The notes under the pieces were generated by a model. It had not been told where the DNA came from. It made no database searches and saw only the letters and a program-made list of their open reading frames with translations. 64,000 nucleotides of DNA from an uncultured Bacilli bacterium (GTDB lineage: Bacteria > Bacillota_I > Bacilli_A > RF39 > UBA660): positions 50,946 through 114,945 of the forward strand of contig CAKOXW010000001.1 of the NCBI GenBank assembly GCA_934130375.1, read 5' to 3'. Positions 38,545 to 48,358 of this stretch are shown piece by piece. The position numbers and the translations under genes were made by a program. Numbering within the stretch: position 1 is the stretch's first letter; each line of letters opens with the position of its first letter.

Positions 38545-39804
38545 ATGAAGAAGAAAAAAGGGTTTACATTAATAGAGTTACTTGCAGTAATAGTAATACT
38601 AGCAGTAATACTAGTTATTGCAGTACCAAGAATTAGTGATGTAATAAAAAATTCTAAAAAAGCATCGTTTGAAGCAAGTGCAAAAACAATAATATCACAA
38701 GCAGAGAAAAAGAAAATGGAGCAAGAAGTACTAGGTAATACTAATCCAATAAATTGTAGCGATATTGCTAATATTAATAATGATGATTATGAAAGTTGTG
38801 AAATAAATTTTGATGCAAATGGTAATGCTAAGATTACACTTATAGGAAAAGGAAAATTTGAAGGATTAAAAATAGTTGATGCAACAAAAGATAATTTAAG
38901 TGCAGTTGAATCAAAACTACCTGAATATGGTATAGCAACTGACTATATAAGTAACTTATATTCTTATGATGCTGAATCTAATGGACTTAAAAAAGATAAT
39001 ACTGTTGATGCTAATATAAGATATTATGGAGAGAATCCTAATAACTATGTATCCTTTAATAATGAATTATGGAGAATAATAGGTGTATTTGGTAATAATG
39101 TAAAATTAGTAAGAGGAAGATTAGGTAGTTTATCATGGGATACATCAGATTCTACTATAAATAATGGATTTGGAGTAAATGAATGGAGTGGTGCTGATTT
39201 AAAAGAGTACTTAAATACAATGTATTATGGTGGTACAAGTGTTACATGTTATAATGATGCGAATAACACAACTACAACATGTCCAACCGTATCATTAAAT
39301 GAAAATGCAAAAAGTATGATAGATAATCATACATGGGCAACTGGTGCAATAGAAGTTGAAAAAATGACAGATACAATTGCATTTTATAATGCAGAAAGAG
39401 GGACGCAAACAGGTAAAATATGTACAAGTGGAGATTATTGCAATGATACAGTTACAAGAACTACATTATGGATTGGATATATTGCTCTTCCTTATGTAAC
39501 AGACTGGGCATATGCAAGTGGTGAAGCAGAATGTGAAACTAATCTAGCAAAAGAAGATAGTTCAGGTAAGAATTTATGTAAAAGCAATAATTGGATGCCT
39601 AGTAATAGTTATTCATGGTATCTTTCACCAATTGCTAACACTAGTGGTGCTGTTGGTGCTTGGGATGTCGGCGATATAGGATTAGCTAATAGTGAAGGTG
39701 TTTTTGTATCTCGTCGCTTTTCTCCAGCTTTGTATCTAAAAAGTGGTGCAAAAATAATGAGTGGTACTGGTACTAGTAGTGATCCATATAAATTAGAAAT
39801 ATAA
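38545..39804 (+). CDS. prepilin-type N-terminal domain protein with ~380-aa C-terminal globular/adhesin-like region
   Basis: MKKKKG|FTLIELLAVIVILAVILVIAVP class III signal with Glu+5. The C-terminal part is Asn/Thr/Ser- and Cys-rich. Confidence 0.8.
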   Translation: MKKKKGFTLIELLAVIVILAVILVIAVPRISDVIKNSKKASFEASAKTIISQAEKKKMEQEVLGNTNPINCSDIANINNDDYESCEINFDANGNAKITLIGKGKFEGLKIVDATKDNLSAVESKLPEYGIATDYISNLYSYDAESNGLKKDNTVDANIRYYGENPNNYVSFNNELWRIIGVFGNNVKLVRGRLGSLSWDTSDSTINNGFGVNEWSGADLKEYLNTMYYGGTSVTCYNDANNTTTTCPTVSLNENAKSMIDNHTWATGAIEVEKMTDTIAFYNAERGTQTGKICTSGDYCNDTVTRTTLWIGYIALPYVTDWAYASGEAECETNLAKEDSSGKNLCKSNNWMPSNSYSWYLSPIANTSGAVGAWDVGDIGLANSEGVFVSRRFSPALYLKSGAKIMSGTGTSSDPYKLEI

Positions 39805-39899
39805 AATAAGAGATTACAAATTTTAATATTTGTAATTTTTTGTTATATCTTTTGTTTTTTTGACTTTTATAGTATAATTTTAATGTTAGAAGGTGACTT

Positions 39900-42839
39900 A
39901 TGTATTTAAAGGAAATTAAGATTAATGGTTTTAAGTCTTTTGCGGATAAAATTAATATTGAGTTAGGTAAGGGTATTACAGGGGTAGTCGGACCTAACGG
40001 AAGTGGCAAAAGTAACATAGTTGATGCGGTTAGATGGGTTTTAGGTGAGCAATCAGTTAAGTCTCTTCGTGGTGATGGTACGATGAGTGATGTAATATTT
40101 TCAGGTAGTAAGTCAAGAAATCCTATGTCAAATGCGTCTGTTACCCTTGTCTTTGATAATTCTGACCATAGTTTAAAATTAGATTATGATTTGGTGTCAA
40201 TTAAAAGAACTATTTATAGAAGTGGTGAAAATGAGTATTTTATTAATAATGAAAGAACTAGGTTGAAAGATATTCTTGAGTTATTAATGGATAGTGGTTC
40301 TGGTAAAGAGTCTTTTTCAATAATATCACAAGGTGATATTGCTAATATATTAAGTAATAAACCAGTTGATAGAAGAGTAATATTTGAAAGTGCGGCGGGA
40401 GTTTTAAAGTATAAAAAAAGAAAAGAAGAAGCAGTTAAGAAATTAGAAAAAACACATGATAATATTGATAGAATTGATGATATTATATCTGAACTTGAAA
40501 AACAAGTTACACCTTTAAAAGAACAAAGTGAAAAAGCAGTTATTTATAAAAACACTAAAAAAGAATTAGAAGATATTGAAATTTCTTTAATTGTGCATGA
40601 TTTAGATACTTTTAATGAAGAAAATAGTAATTCTAAATTAAGAATTGATGAATTAAATAAAGAGATAATATCTTTATCAACTGATAATTCTAAATGTGAT
40701 GCGGAAGTTTCTAGTAAGAAATTAGAATTATCTAATTTAAATGATAAACTGCATAAAAATCAAAATCTTTTACTTGAAATTACTAAGGAAGTAGAAAAGT
40801 TAAATGGTGAGAAAAATATAATATCTGAAAGAAAAAAATACGAAAGTGAAGATATAAAACTTCATTCTAATATAACTTTACTTAAGGAAGAAGAAGCAAA
40901 GTATACTAGTAGTAAGTTCCTTCTTAACGATGAGATTGATAGTATTAAGAATACTTTAAGTGAGAAGGCTAAGGAAAGTAGTAATTTAGAGAATATATTG
41001 AGTAATTTAGAGATTGATAAAAATAAGTTATATTCTAGTTATAATAGTAAGATGAAAGTTGTTAATGACAATGAGTATAGGATAGATGTATTAAATAGGA
41101 CTTTAAATAATAATGATAATTATTCGTATGCGATTAAGAGTGTACTTAATAATACAAGGTTATCTGGTATTTGTGATACGATTGGTAATATTATTAAAGC
41201 TAAGGATGGGTATGAAAATGCGATTGATACTGCAATCGGTTATAGTACTTCATATGTAGTTTGTGAAGATGAAATATCAGCGAAAAATGCGATTGAGTAT
41301 TTAAAGTTTAATAAACTTGGTAGAGTGACTTTTTTTCCATTAAATATAATTGAGGGTAAGTATATAGATAGTAGTATATACTCTAAGGTTGAGAATTGTA
41401 ATGGATTTATTAATATCGCATCTAATTTAGTTAGTTATAATGATAAATATAAAAATATTATATTAAATTGTCTTGGTAATATTATTGTTGTTGACAATAT
41501 TGATAATGCTAATAATATTGCTAGAATGATTAATTATAGGTATAGAATAGTTACATTGGATGGCGAAATAATACATGTTGGTGGTAGTTTAACAGGTGGT
41601 ATGCAGAAGAAAAGTACTAGTATTATTTTAGATAAGATGGAACTTGATAAACTTGTTATGGAGAATACTAAATTAAAGAGTTACTTAAGTGATATACAAA
41701 ATGATATTAATAATAACAAGGATGTAATTGATAGAAATACTATTAAGTTAGATACTATAAAAAGAAGTATTATTTATAATACTGAGATATTAAATGTTAA
41801 GTCTAAGGAGTTAGATGAATTAAATGAAAAATTAGATAGTGTTAAAAATAATATTAGTAGTATATCTAATATTATAGGTGGTTCTTTTAGTAGTGAAGAA
41901 GAGAGTATTATTAATAAATATTATGCTTCTGTTGGTAAGAAAGAATTGGTAGTAAGTGAGATTAATAAATTAAGTGAAAGTATTAAAGTATTAAGTGATG
42001 AGATTAATATTTTAGAGCATGATTATAAAGTCTCAAATAGTGAATATAATAAGAAATCTAATGAATTAAAAGAGCTTGAAATAAAAGTTGGTAAGATAGA
42101 TGTTAAACTAGATAATTTATTAAATGCTTTAACTGAGTATAATTTAACTTATGAGAAAGCAAAGAAGAATTATATACTTGTTATGGAAAGTGATATTGCA
42201 AGGTCTAAAGTATCTGAATACAAGAAAATTATTAATGATTTGGGTATTGTTAATTTAGGTGCGATAGAAGAATATGAAAGAGTTAAAACTAGATATGAAT
42301 TTTTAAATAATCAGAAAAATGATTTATTTAAAGCAGAGAATACTTTACTTGAAATTATAAAAGAAATGGATAGTGTAATGGAAGTAGAGTTTAATGAAAC
42401 ATTTAAACTTATTAAAGATGAATTTAAGTTAGTATTTAGAGATTTATTTAATGGTGGTGATGCTGATTTAAGACTTACTAATCCAGATAATATATTAGAA
42501 ACAGGTATTGATATTGTTGCACTTCCTCCTGGTAAGAAGTTAACTTCAATTTCATTATTATCAGGTGGTGAGAAAGCCTTGACTGCAATTGCGCTTCTTT
42601 TTGCAATTTTAAAAGTTAAGCCAGTACCATTTTGTATACTAGATGAAGTTGAGGCGCCACTTGATGAAGCTAATGTTGATATATTTGGTAAATTTGTATC
42701 TAAAATGTCAGAAAATACACAGTTTATTATAATTACACATAAGAAAAAAACTATGGAATACGCTAATGTATTGTATGGAATTACAATGCAAGAATCTGGT
42801 GTTTCTAAGTTGGTAAGTGTAAGGTTGGAGGAATTATGA
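39900..42839 (+). CDS. smc: chromosome partition protein Smc
   Basis: N-terminal Walker A GPNGSGKSNIVDAVRWVLGEQS, long coiled coils, a hinge region, C-terminal LSGGEKALTAIALLFAI…ILDEVEAPLD. Confidence 0.9.
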   Translation: MYLKEIKINGFKSFADKINIELGKGITGVVGPNGSGKSNIVDAVRWVLGEQSVKSLRGDGTMSDVIFSGSKSRNPMSNASVTLVFDNSDHSLKLDYDLVSIKRTIYRSGENEYFINNERTRLKDILELLMDSGSGKESFSIISQGDIANILSNKPVDRRVIFESAAGVLKYKKRKEEAVKKLEKTHDNIDRIDDIISELEKQVTPLKEQSEKAVIYKNTKKELEDIEISLIVHDLDTFNEENSNSKLRIDELNKEIISLSTDNSKCDAEVSSKKLELSNLNDKLHKNQNLLLEITKEVEKLNGEKNIISERKKYESEDIKLHSNITLLKEEEAKYTSSKFLLNDEIDSIKNTLSEKAKESSNLENILSNLEIDKNKLYSSYNSKMKVVNDNEYRIDVLNRTLNNNDNYSYAIKSVLNNTRLSGICDTIGNIIKAKDGYENAIDTAIGYSTSYVVCEDEISAKNAIEYLKFNKLGRVTFFPLNIIEGKYIDSSIYSKVENCNGFINIASNLVSYNDKYKNIILNCLGNIIVVDNIDNANNIARMINYRYRIVTLDGEIIHVGGSLTGGMQKKSTSIILDKMELDKLVMENTKLKSYLSDIQNDINNNKDVIDRNTIKLDTIKRSIIYNTEILNVKSKELDELNEKLDSVKNNISSISNIIGGSFSSEEESIINKYYASVGKKELVVSEINKLSESIKVLSDEINILEHDYKVSNSEYNKKSNELKELEIKVGKIDVKLDNLLNALTEYNLTYEKAKKNYILVMESDIARSKVSEYKKIINDLGIVNLGAIEEYERVKTRYEFLNNQKNDLFKAENTLLEIIKEMDSVMEVEFNETFKLIKDEFKLVFRDLFNGGDADLRLTNPDNILETGIDIVALPPGKKLTSISLLSGGEKALTAIALLFAILKVKPVPFCILDEVEAPLDEANVDIFGKFVSKMSENTQFIIITHKKKTMEYANVLYGITMQESGVSKLVSVRLEEL

Positions 42840-43684
42840 GAATAGCAGATAATTGGGTTGATTATGAACTTATTAAGATGGATAATGGTATGAAAAAAGA
42901 AAGATGGGGTGAATATGTTTTAGTAAGACCAGACCCTCAAATTATATGGAACAATAACATTGATTTTGGTAAATATGATGCTTTATATAGAAGAAGTAAT
43001 AAAGGTGGAGGTTCTTGGGAATACAAGACTAAATTAAAAGATAATTGGCAAATTAAATATAAAGATTTAACATTTAATATTAAACCAATGGGATTTAAAC
43101 ATACTGGTTTATTTCCAGAACAAGCAGTTAACTGGGATTATATGATTGATAAAATCAAAAATTCTGGTAGAGAAATAAAAGTACTTAATTTATTCGCATA
43201 TACAGGTGGTGCGACTGTCGCATGCCTTTATGCAGGCGCATCAGTTTGTCATGTTGATTCTTCAAGAGGTATGGTAGAGTGGGCCAAAGAAAATGTAAAC
43301 TCATCAAATCTTTCTGATAGACATGTAAGATATATAGTAGATGATGTTATAAAATTTGTTCAAAGAGAAATTAGAAGAGGCAATAAATATGATGCGATAA
43401 TAATGGATCCACCTAGTTATGGAAGAGGTGCTAATGGTGAAGTTTGGTCTTTTGAAGATAACTTATATGATTTAGTAAAACTATGTACACAAGTTCTTTC
43501 TGATAATCCATTATTTTTCTTAATTAATTCTTATACAACTGGAATATCATCAACTGTCCTTGAAAATATATTGAAGATGACTATTAAACATAAAGGCACA
43601 TTTAGTTGTGGTGAAATTGGCTTAAAATCTAAAGATAATATAATATTACCTTGTGGTATATATGGAAGATATGAAAATGATTAA
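42836..43684 (+). CDS. class I SAM-dependent methyltransferase (RlmI/YwbD-like catalytic domain, no PUA)
   Basis: LFAYTGGATVACLYAGASVCHVDSS…IIMDPPSYGRG. Confidence 0.6.
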   Translation: MRIADNWVDYELIKMDNGMKKERWGEYVLVRPDPQIIWNNNIDFGKYDALYRRSNKGGGSWEYKTKLKDNWQIKYKDLTFNIKPMGFKHTGLFPEQAVNWDYMIDKIKNSGREIKVLNLFAYTGGATVACLYAGASVCHVDSSRGMVEWAKENVNSSNLSDRHVRYIVDDVIKFVQREIRRGNKYDAIIMDPPSYGRGANGEVWSFEDNLYDLVKLCTQVLSDNPLFFLINSYTTGISSTVLENILKMTIKHKGTFSCGEIGLKSKDNIILPCGIYGRYEND

Positions 43685-44315
43685 TGTACTTTATGAAGAT
43701 AATCATATAATAGTTGTAGTAAAAGAGTGTAATGTCCCAGTATGTGAAGATGCATCAAAAGATAAAGATTTACTAACTATGATTAAAGAGTATTTAAAAG
43801 AAAAATATAATAAACCAGGTAATGTTTATTTGGGATTAGTTCATAGATTAGATAGACCAGTTGGTGGTGTTATGGTTTTTGCAAAAACTTCTAAGGCAGC
43901 ATCTCGTTTATCAGAACAAATTAGAACTAGTAGTATAGAAAAACATTATGTTGCACTTACTCATAATAAAGCAAAAGATAGTGATACTTTAGTTGATTAT
44001 TTAGAAAAAGATTGTAAAACTAATACTTCTTTTGTTAGTAAAAATGGTAAAAAATCTGTACTTGAATATAAACTTATAAATTATAAAAATAATATGTCCC
44101 TTGTTGATATTAGTTTAAAAACAGGTAGACATCATCAAATAAGAGTTCAATTATCACATGCTGGGTTGCCAATTTATGGTGACCAAAGGTATGGCATTGA
44201 TAAAGAAGGTATACAAATTCACTTATGGTGCTACAAGTTAAAATTTAAGCACCCTACTAAGGATGAGGTATTAGAATTTACATATTATCCAAAGTGGTAT
44301 AATGAGTATAAATAG
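43671..44315 (+). CDS. RluA-family pseudouridine synthase
   Basis: LGLVHRLDRPVGGVMVFAKTSKAASRL (HRLD…TSG motif). Confidence 0.75.
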   Translation: MKMINVLYEDNHIIVVVKECNVPVCEDASKDKDLLTMIKEYLKEKYNKPGNVYLGLVHRLDRPVGGVMVFAKTSKAASRLSEQIRTSSIEKHYVALTHNKAKDSDTLVDYLEKDCKTNTSFVSKNGKKSVLEYKLINYKNNMSLVDISLKTGRHHQIRVQLSHAGLPIYGDQRYGIDKEGIQIHLWCYKLKFKHPTKDEVLEFTYYPKWYNEYK

Positions 44316-44397
44316 CACTACTTAAGTAGTGCCTTTTTGTTGAATTAATATTATAATTATGATATACTTACTTTAGTATAATAATAGGAGTGATGAT

Positions 44398-46677
44398 ATG
44401 AAAGAAGCATTTTGGGGACTACTTATAATTATCTTAGGAATATTTGGCATAGTATGTATAAATTTATTTCAGAATGTTACTGTAGATAATGATAAAGTGT
44501 ATTATGTTTTAAAAGAATCGACTGAAGCATCTGCCCATGATTCAATTGATTTAAGTTACTATAGACTAGGTGGCTCACTAAGAATAGTTGAAGATAAGTT
44601 TGTTGAGAATCTTGCAAGAAGATTTTCACAAAGTATTACTGCTGGTAGATATACAATATCAGTACAAAATATAAATGAGCTACCACCACTTATGTCAGTA
44701 AAAATAAGAAGTGGAGTATCATCAATAAAGGGAGATGAATTTAACTTAACAAATAGAGTTGATGCGATAATTGAAACTAAATATAAGTTAAGTGAAGTTC
44801 TTGATTTCTTAGGAATTACTGAAGAAGAATGGAATGACATAAACAATAAGAATAAAGATACAATCAAAAATGGAGTATGTGGAGTAACATTTATAAATGA
44901 TGGAGATTTAGATTGTATTACAGGAGATTTAAGATTTGATGGGCTTGGTGATACCGATTTAAAAAATGCAGTATGTATGGGTCAACAAAAATCAAATGTA
45001 GAAGCAACTGCTAAGTATAGTGTTTGTGAGTGTGGAAAATGGGTTTCAAAAGAAGAAACACTAGTTGCTAATCCGGTACTTGTTAACAATGATGGAAATA
45101 GAGAATATGTTTATACATATAGATTTGTAAAAACTGGTGAAATAAGAAATATTGATGAAACAATAATAAAAAGAGTTAGAGCAGATGTATGTACAACGGG
45201 TGTAGAAGTATGGGTTCCAAAAGATTTAAGAGAAAAGGAACCAAGTAGCGATAATTCTAAGTATGTAAAGTGTGATCCGGCAACAGGTATAAGAATACCT
45301 GAAGATGTTGAGATAGTACTTCATCCAAATTATATACCATTAAATGCAACAAATAGAGAAATAAAATGGACAGCTGGTAATGCAAGTTTGTTATCATTTG
45401 GAAGTTTTAGTGTTACACAGCCAACAAAATTAACTGGTTTTTCAAGAGCATTAATAAAAGGTAAATTAAGTGGTACAGAGGAAGAACAAACAACAATGAC
45501 TGCAACAACTACATTAGACCAAAGTGCAGTATGTCCAATAAGAGTATGGGATGGTAATGTTGATAGTGTAAGTTGTGAAAATATAAATACTAAGGTAGGT
45601 TATACGACAGCATTTAAAGGTTCATACGAGCCATATAATGCAACTAAAACCAAATTAAAATGGTCAATTGATGATACATCACTTGTTGAACTAGATGAAT
45701 TAACAGGTAAAGCAAAAGCTTTAAAAGTTGGAACTGCAACAATAACAGTTACTGCTGAAAATGGTAAAACAGCAACATGTACATTAAAAGTAGATAAATA
45801 TCAAGAACCTAGATCAGATGGTGGATATTCAGGAGCCGGAGGTGGAGGTGGTGCTGGTATATGGATTGTAACAGATAAAGATGGAAATAGAACAACATAT
45901 AGCAATATGTATAATGCTATAAAGGCTGCAGGTACTAAGGTTGGAGAAGTTTCTATATCGGTTTCGAATGGATCTGGAGAATATGAATGGGCAAAAGGTG
46001 TGACCGAATCTCATTTAAAAAGTGCATCAACTGAACTTGTTAAGACGGCGGGTGGAACAATATCAATAAAAAGCGATGATAAAAATGGTATAATATTTAA
46101 AATAAAGGATGAAAATGGCAGATTACTTGAAACAAATCAAAATCCACCACCACCACCATATCAAGAACCTTGTTACTGTTGTGGTGGATGCGGAGGTGGT
46201 TATGTGCCTGGTTCTCCAGAACAAGGTGCTGCTGCAAATAATAGTATAGTTGCATGTTTTGAAAAAGGTACTGAAGTATTGACTAATAATGGTTATAAAG
46301 ATATAAGTAAATTAAAAGTTGGGGAAAAGGTTTTATCATATAATGAAAATACAAAGAAAAACGAATATGCTAAAATCATTAAAGTATATAAACACGAAAA
46401 AGTAAGTGATACATTATTCTCCTTAACAATAAATGGAACTATTGTCAAAGCATCAAGTGAACATCCATTTTACATAAAGACAGTAAATGGAATTACTCAA
46501 ATTAAAGCAGAAAATTTAAAAATTGGTGATATAGTAATAACTTCTTTTGGAAATTATTATCCGATAACTTTCATTTCTTCTATGAATATAGTTGAAGATT
46601 TATATAATATTGAAGTTGAAAATAATCACAATTATTATGTTACTAGAGAAAATGTTCTAGTACATAATAAACCATAG
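44398..46677 (+). CDS. N-terminally membrane-anchored Big_2 surface protein ending in a mini-intein-like Hint/BIL (bacterial intein-like, type A) domain
   Basis: TM LLIIILGIFGIVCINLF. Two Big_2-like Ig domains. Gly-rich SGAGGGGGAGIW and PPPPPYQEPCYCCGGCGGG. The final ~140 aa contain intein blocks A (A|CFEKGTEVLT), B (SSEHPF), F (LYNIEVENNHNYYV) and G (ENVLVHN), followed only by KP*. Confidence 0.75.
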   Translation: MKEAFWGLLIIILGIFGIVCINLFQNVTVDNDKVYYVLKESTEASAHDSIDLSYYRLGGSLRIVEDKFVENLARRFSQSITAGRYTISVQNINELPPLMSVKIRSGVSSIKGDEFNLTNRVDAIIETKYKLSEVLDFLGITEEEWNDINNKNKDTIKNGVCGVTFINDGDLDCITGDLRFDGLGDTDLKNAVCMGQQKSNVEATAKYSVCECGKWVSKEETLVANPVLVNNDGNREYVYTYRFVKTGEIRNIDETIIKRVRADVCTTGVEVWVPKDLREKEPSSDNSKYVKCDPATGIRIPEDVEIVLHPNYIPLNATNREIKWTAGNASLLSFGSFSVTQPTKLTGFSRALIKGKLSGTEEEQTTMTATTTLDQSAVCPIRVWDGNVDSVSCENINTKVGYTTAFKGSYEPYNATKTKLKWSIDDTSLVELDELTGKAKALKVGTATITVTAENGKTATCTLKVDKYQEPRSDGGYSGAGGGGGAGIWIVTDKDGNRTTYSNMYNAIKAAGTKVGEVSISVSNGSGEYEWAKGVTESHLKSASTELVKTAGGTISIKSDDKNGIIFKIKDENGRLLETNQNPPPPPYQEPCYCCGGCGGGYVPGSPEQGAAANNSIVACFEKGTEVLTNNGYKDISKLKVGEKVLSYNENTKKNEYAKIIKVYKHEKVSDTLFSLTINGTIVKASSEHPFYIKTVNGITQIKAENLKIGDIVITSFGNYYPITFISSMNIVEDLYNIEVENNHNYYVTRENVLVHNKP

Positions 46678-46688
46678 GAGGAATAACT

Positions 46689-47624
46689 GTGAAAAATAAG
46701 AATATTTTAATATTTAGTATAGTTTTATTAATAATAGTATTACTAGTTACATTATATTCTGTTTATAGAAAGAAAACCGAGAAAAGTGATAGCTATGGTT
46801 ATCTTCACAATCTTGGCGAAAAAGTTACTATCGATACAAATATAAATTATATGGATGAATACAAAGAGAATATTATTGATAATGAATTAAAAGAAGTAGA
46901 CTATGAATTGTTTTTTGATGATACTACTATATATGGTAAGGTTTTTATAAATGAAAGTTATGAGCTATATATAACTAATGGTTTTACTAAAGAAAATTAT
47001 AAAATAAATAACGTTAAATTTAAAACTTTATATAAAAGTCTTGTGTCATATGCAAAATCCTTAATTGTTTATGCAATATCACAAGATGGTGATTTGTACA
47101 AAATAGTGCTCAATGAAAATAATATAGAACATGTTAAATATTATAAAATTGAAACAGCTAGTAAAGTTTTGAAATTTACTAATCTACAAATTTATAGTCA
47201 TGCATGTACTGAACCATCTTTGGTAGTTTTATGCGAAGATAATAAAATGTATGATGTTAAAAGTGGACTTCTTTATTCAACAACTTATAAGAAATTTTTT
47301 GATAAATATTTGATTTTTGATGATAAGTCATTAACTGATTCAAAAGGAAGAAAAATTATTAATTTCTTAAATGAACAAGTAAAGATAAGAGGCTTTATAG
47401 AAACAAATAATGATGAATTTGAGAAAAGTGATAAAGTATTGTTCTTTACTACAACTGATGAATTACTTTACTTATATGATGAAAATAATACGTATATATA
47501 TGTTAGAGCAGTAAAGTCAGTTGAAAATGTTGATGTTTTCAAAGCCAAAATGGATTTTTATAAAGGTAAATCGTGGGAATTTGAAGGTCATTATACATAT
47601 TACGTAAATAGTGAGTGGAATTAA
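46689..47624 (+). CDS. hypothetical N-terminally membrane-anchored protein (311 aa)
   Basis: GGAGG RBS. TM ILIFSIVLLIIVLLVTLYSVY. No motif. Confidence 0.45.
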   Translation: MKNKNILIFSIVLLIIVLLVTLYSVYRKKTEKSDSYGYLHNLGEKVTIDTNINYMDEYKENIIDNELKEVDYELFFDDTTIYGKVFINESYELYITNGFTKENYKINNVKFKTLYKSLVSYAKSLIVYAISQDGDLYKIVLNENNIEHVKYYKIETASKVLKFTNLQIYSHACTEPSLVVLCEDNKMYDVKSGLLYSTTYKKFFDKYLIFDDKSLTDSKGRKIINFLNEQVKIRGFIETNNDEFEKSDKVLFFTTTDELLYLYDENNTYIYVRAVKSVENVDVFKAKMDFYKGKSWEFEGHYTYYVNSEWN

Positions 47625-48174
47625 TAATAAAAAGGTGAAGTTGACTAACTTTACCTTTTTATTTGGCAAAATAGCAAAAAAAGTATATGGAGAAAATTCG
47701 TATACTCATTCTAAGGTTGAACTTGAAGCAAAATTAAAAAGTCTTGATATTAAGTATCCTGAAGAAACTATTACTATGAATTGTGTTGGTACTTTAGTAG
47801 CAAGAGACAAGGATGGGAATTATAAGATTATTCAAACTCTTGAATATATAGATGATGATGCAAATGTAATGCGTATTTATGATATATTAGAAGAATTGTT
47901 ATGTGGAATTAATATTGATGATATTGATTTTAGTCAAAATGATTTAGGCAAATATTATAAAATGGATTCAAGTTTATTTACTCCAAAATGTGAATATTTA
48001 GAAGAAAATCCAATATATGAGTACGGAAGTGCGCCATATGCTGTATTATTTATACAAGAACATTTTGATGATATAATTGCAAAATATGCTGAAGCTGGCA
48101 AAGTATATAGTTATCAAGTAACTGATCAATATAAATATTTATATACTTACGATGTATACTATGATGACATTTAA
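47611..48174 (+). CDS. hypothetical acidic cytoplasmic protein (start uncertain)
   Basis: Overlaps the upstream stop. Possible alternative GTG/TTG starts at 47635/47641. Confidence 0.4.
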   Translation: MSGINNKKVKLTNFTFLFGKIAKKVYGENSYTHSKVELEAKLKSLDIKYPEETITMNCVGTLVARDKDGNYKIIQTLEYIDDDANVMRIYDILEELLCGINIDDIDFSQNDLGKYYKMDSSLFTPKCEYLEENPIYEYGSAPYAVLFIQEHFDDIIAKYAEAGKVYSYQVTDQYKYLYTYDVYYDDI

Positions 48175-48358
48175 CATAGTGTTGAAAAAATTGCAATGAA
48201 TTATGTAAAAAATATTCCTGTAGAATTTCAAGTATCATAAGTGAATTGAAAATGCTTACTAATGATAAGATTTTAATAAAAAAATAATGTAAAAGATAGT
48301 AAACTTAATTGAGTACTATCTTTTCTTTTGCTATAATATTATAGTTGAAAGGAGAATT

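Noticed and set aside
44398-46677. Canonical self-splicing intein interpretation of the C-terminal Hint domain
   Set aside because: There is no C-extein beyond Lys-Pro and the +1 residue is Lys, not Cys/Ser/Thr. Splicing is therefore impossible and only cleavage-type (BIL/Hedgehog-like) chemistry is plausible.
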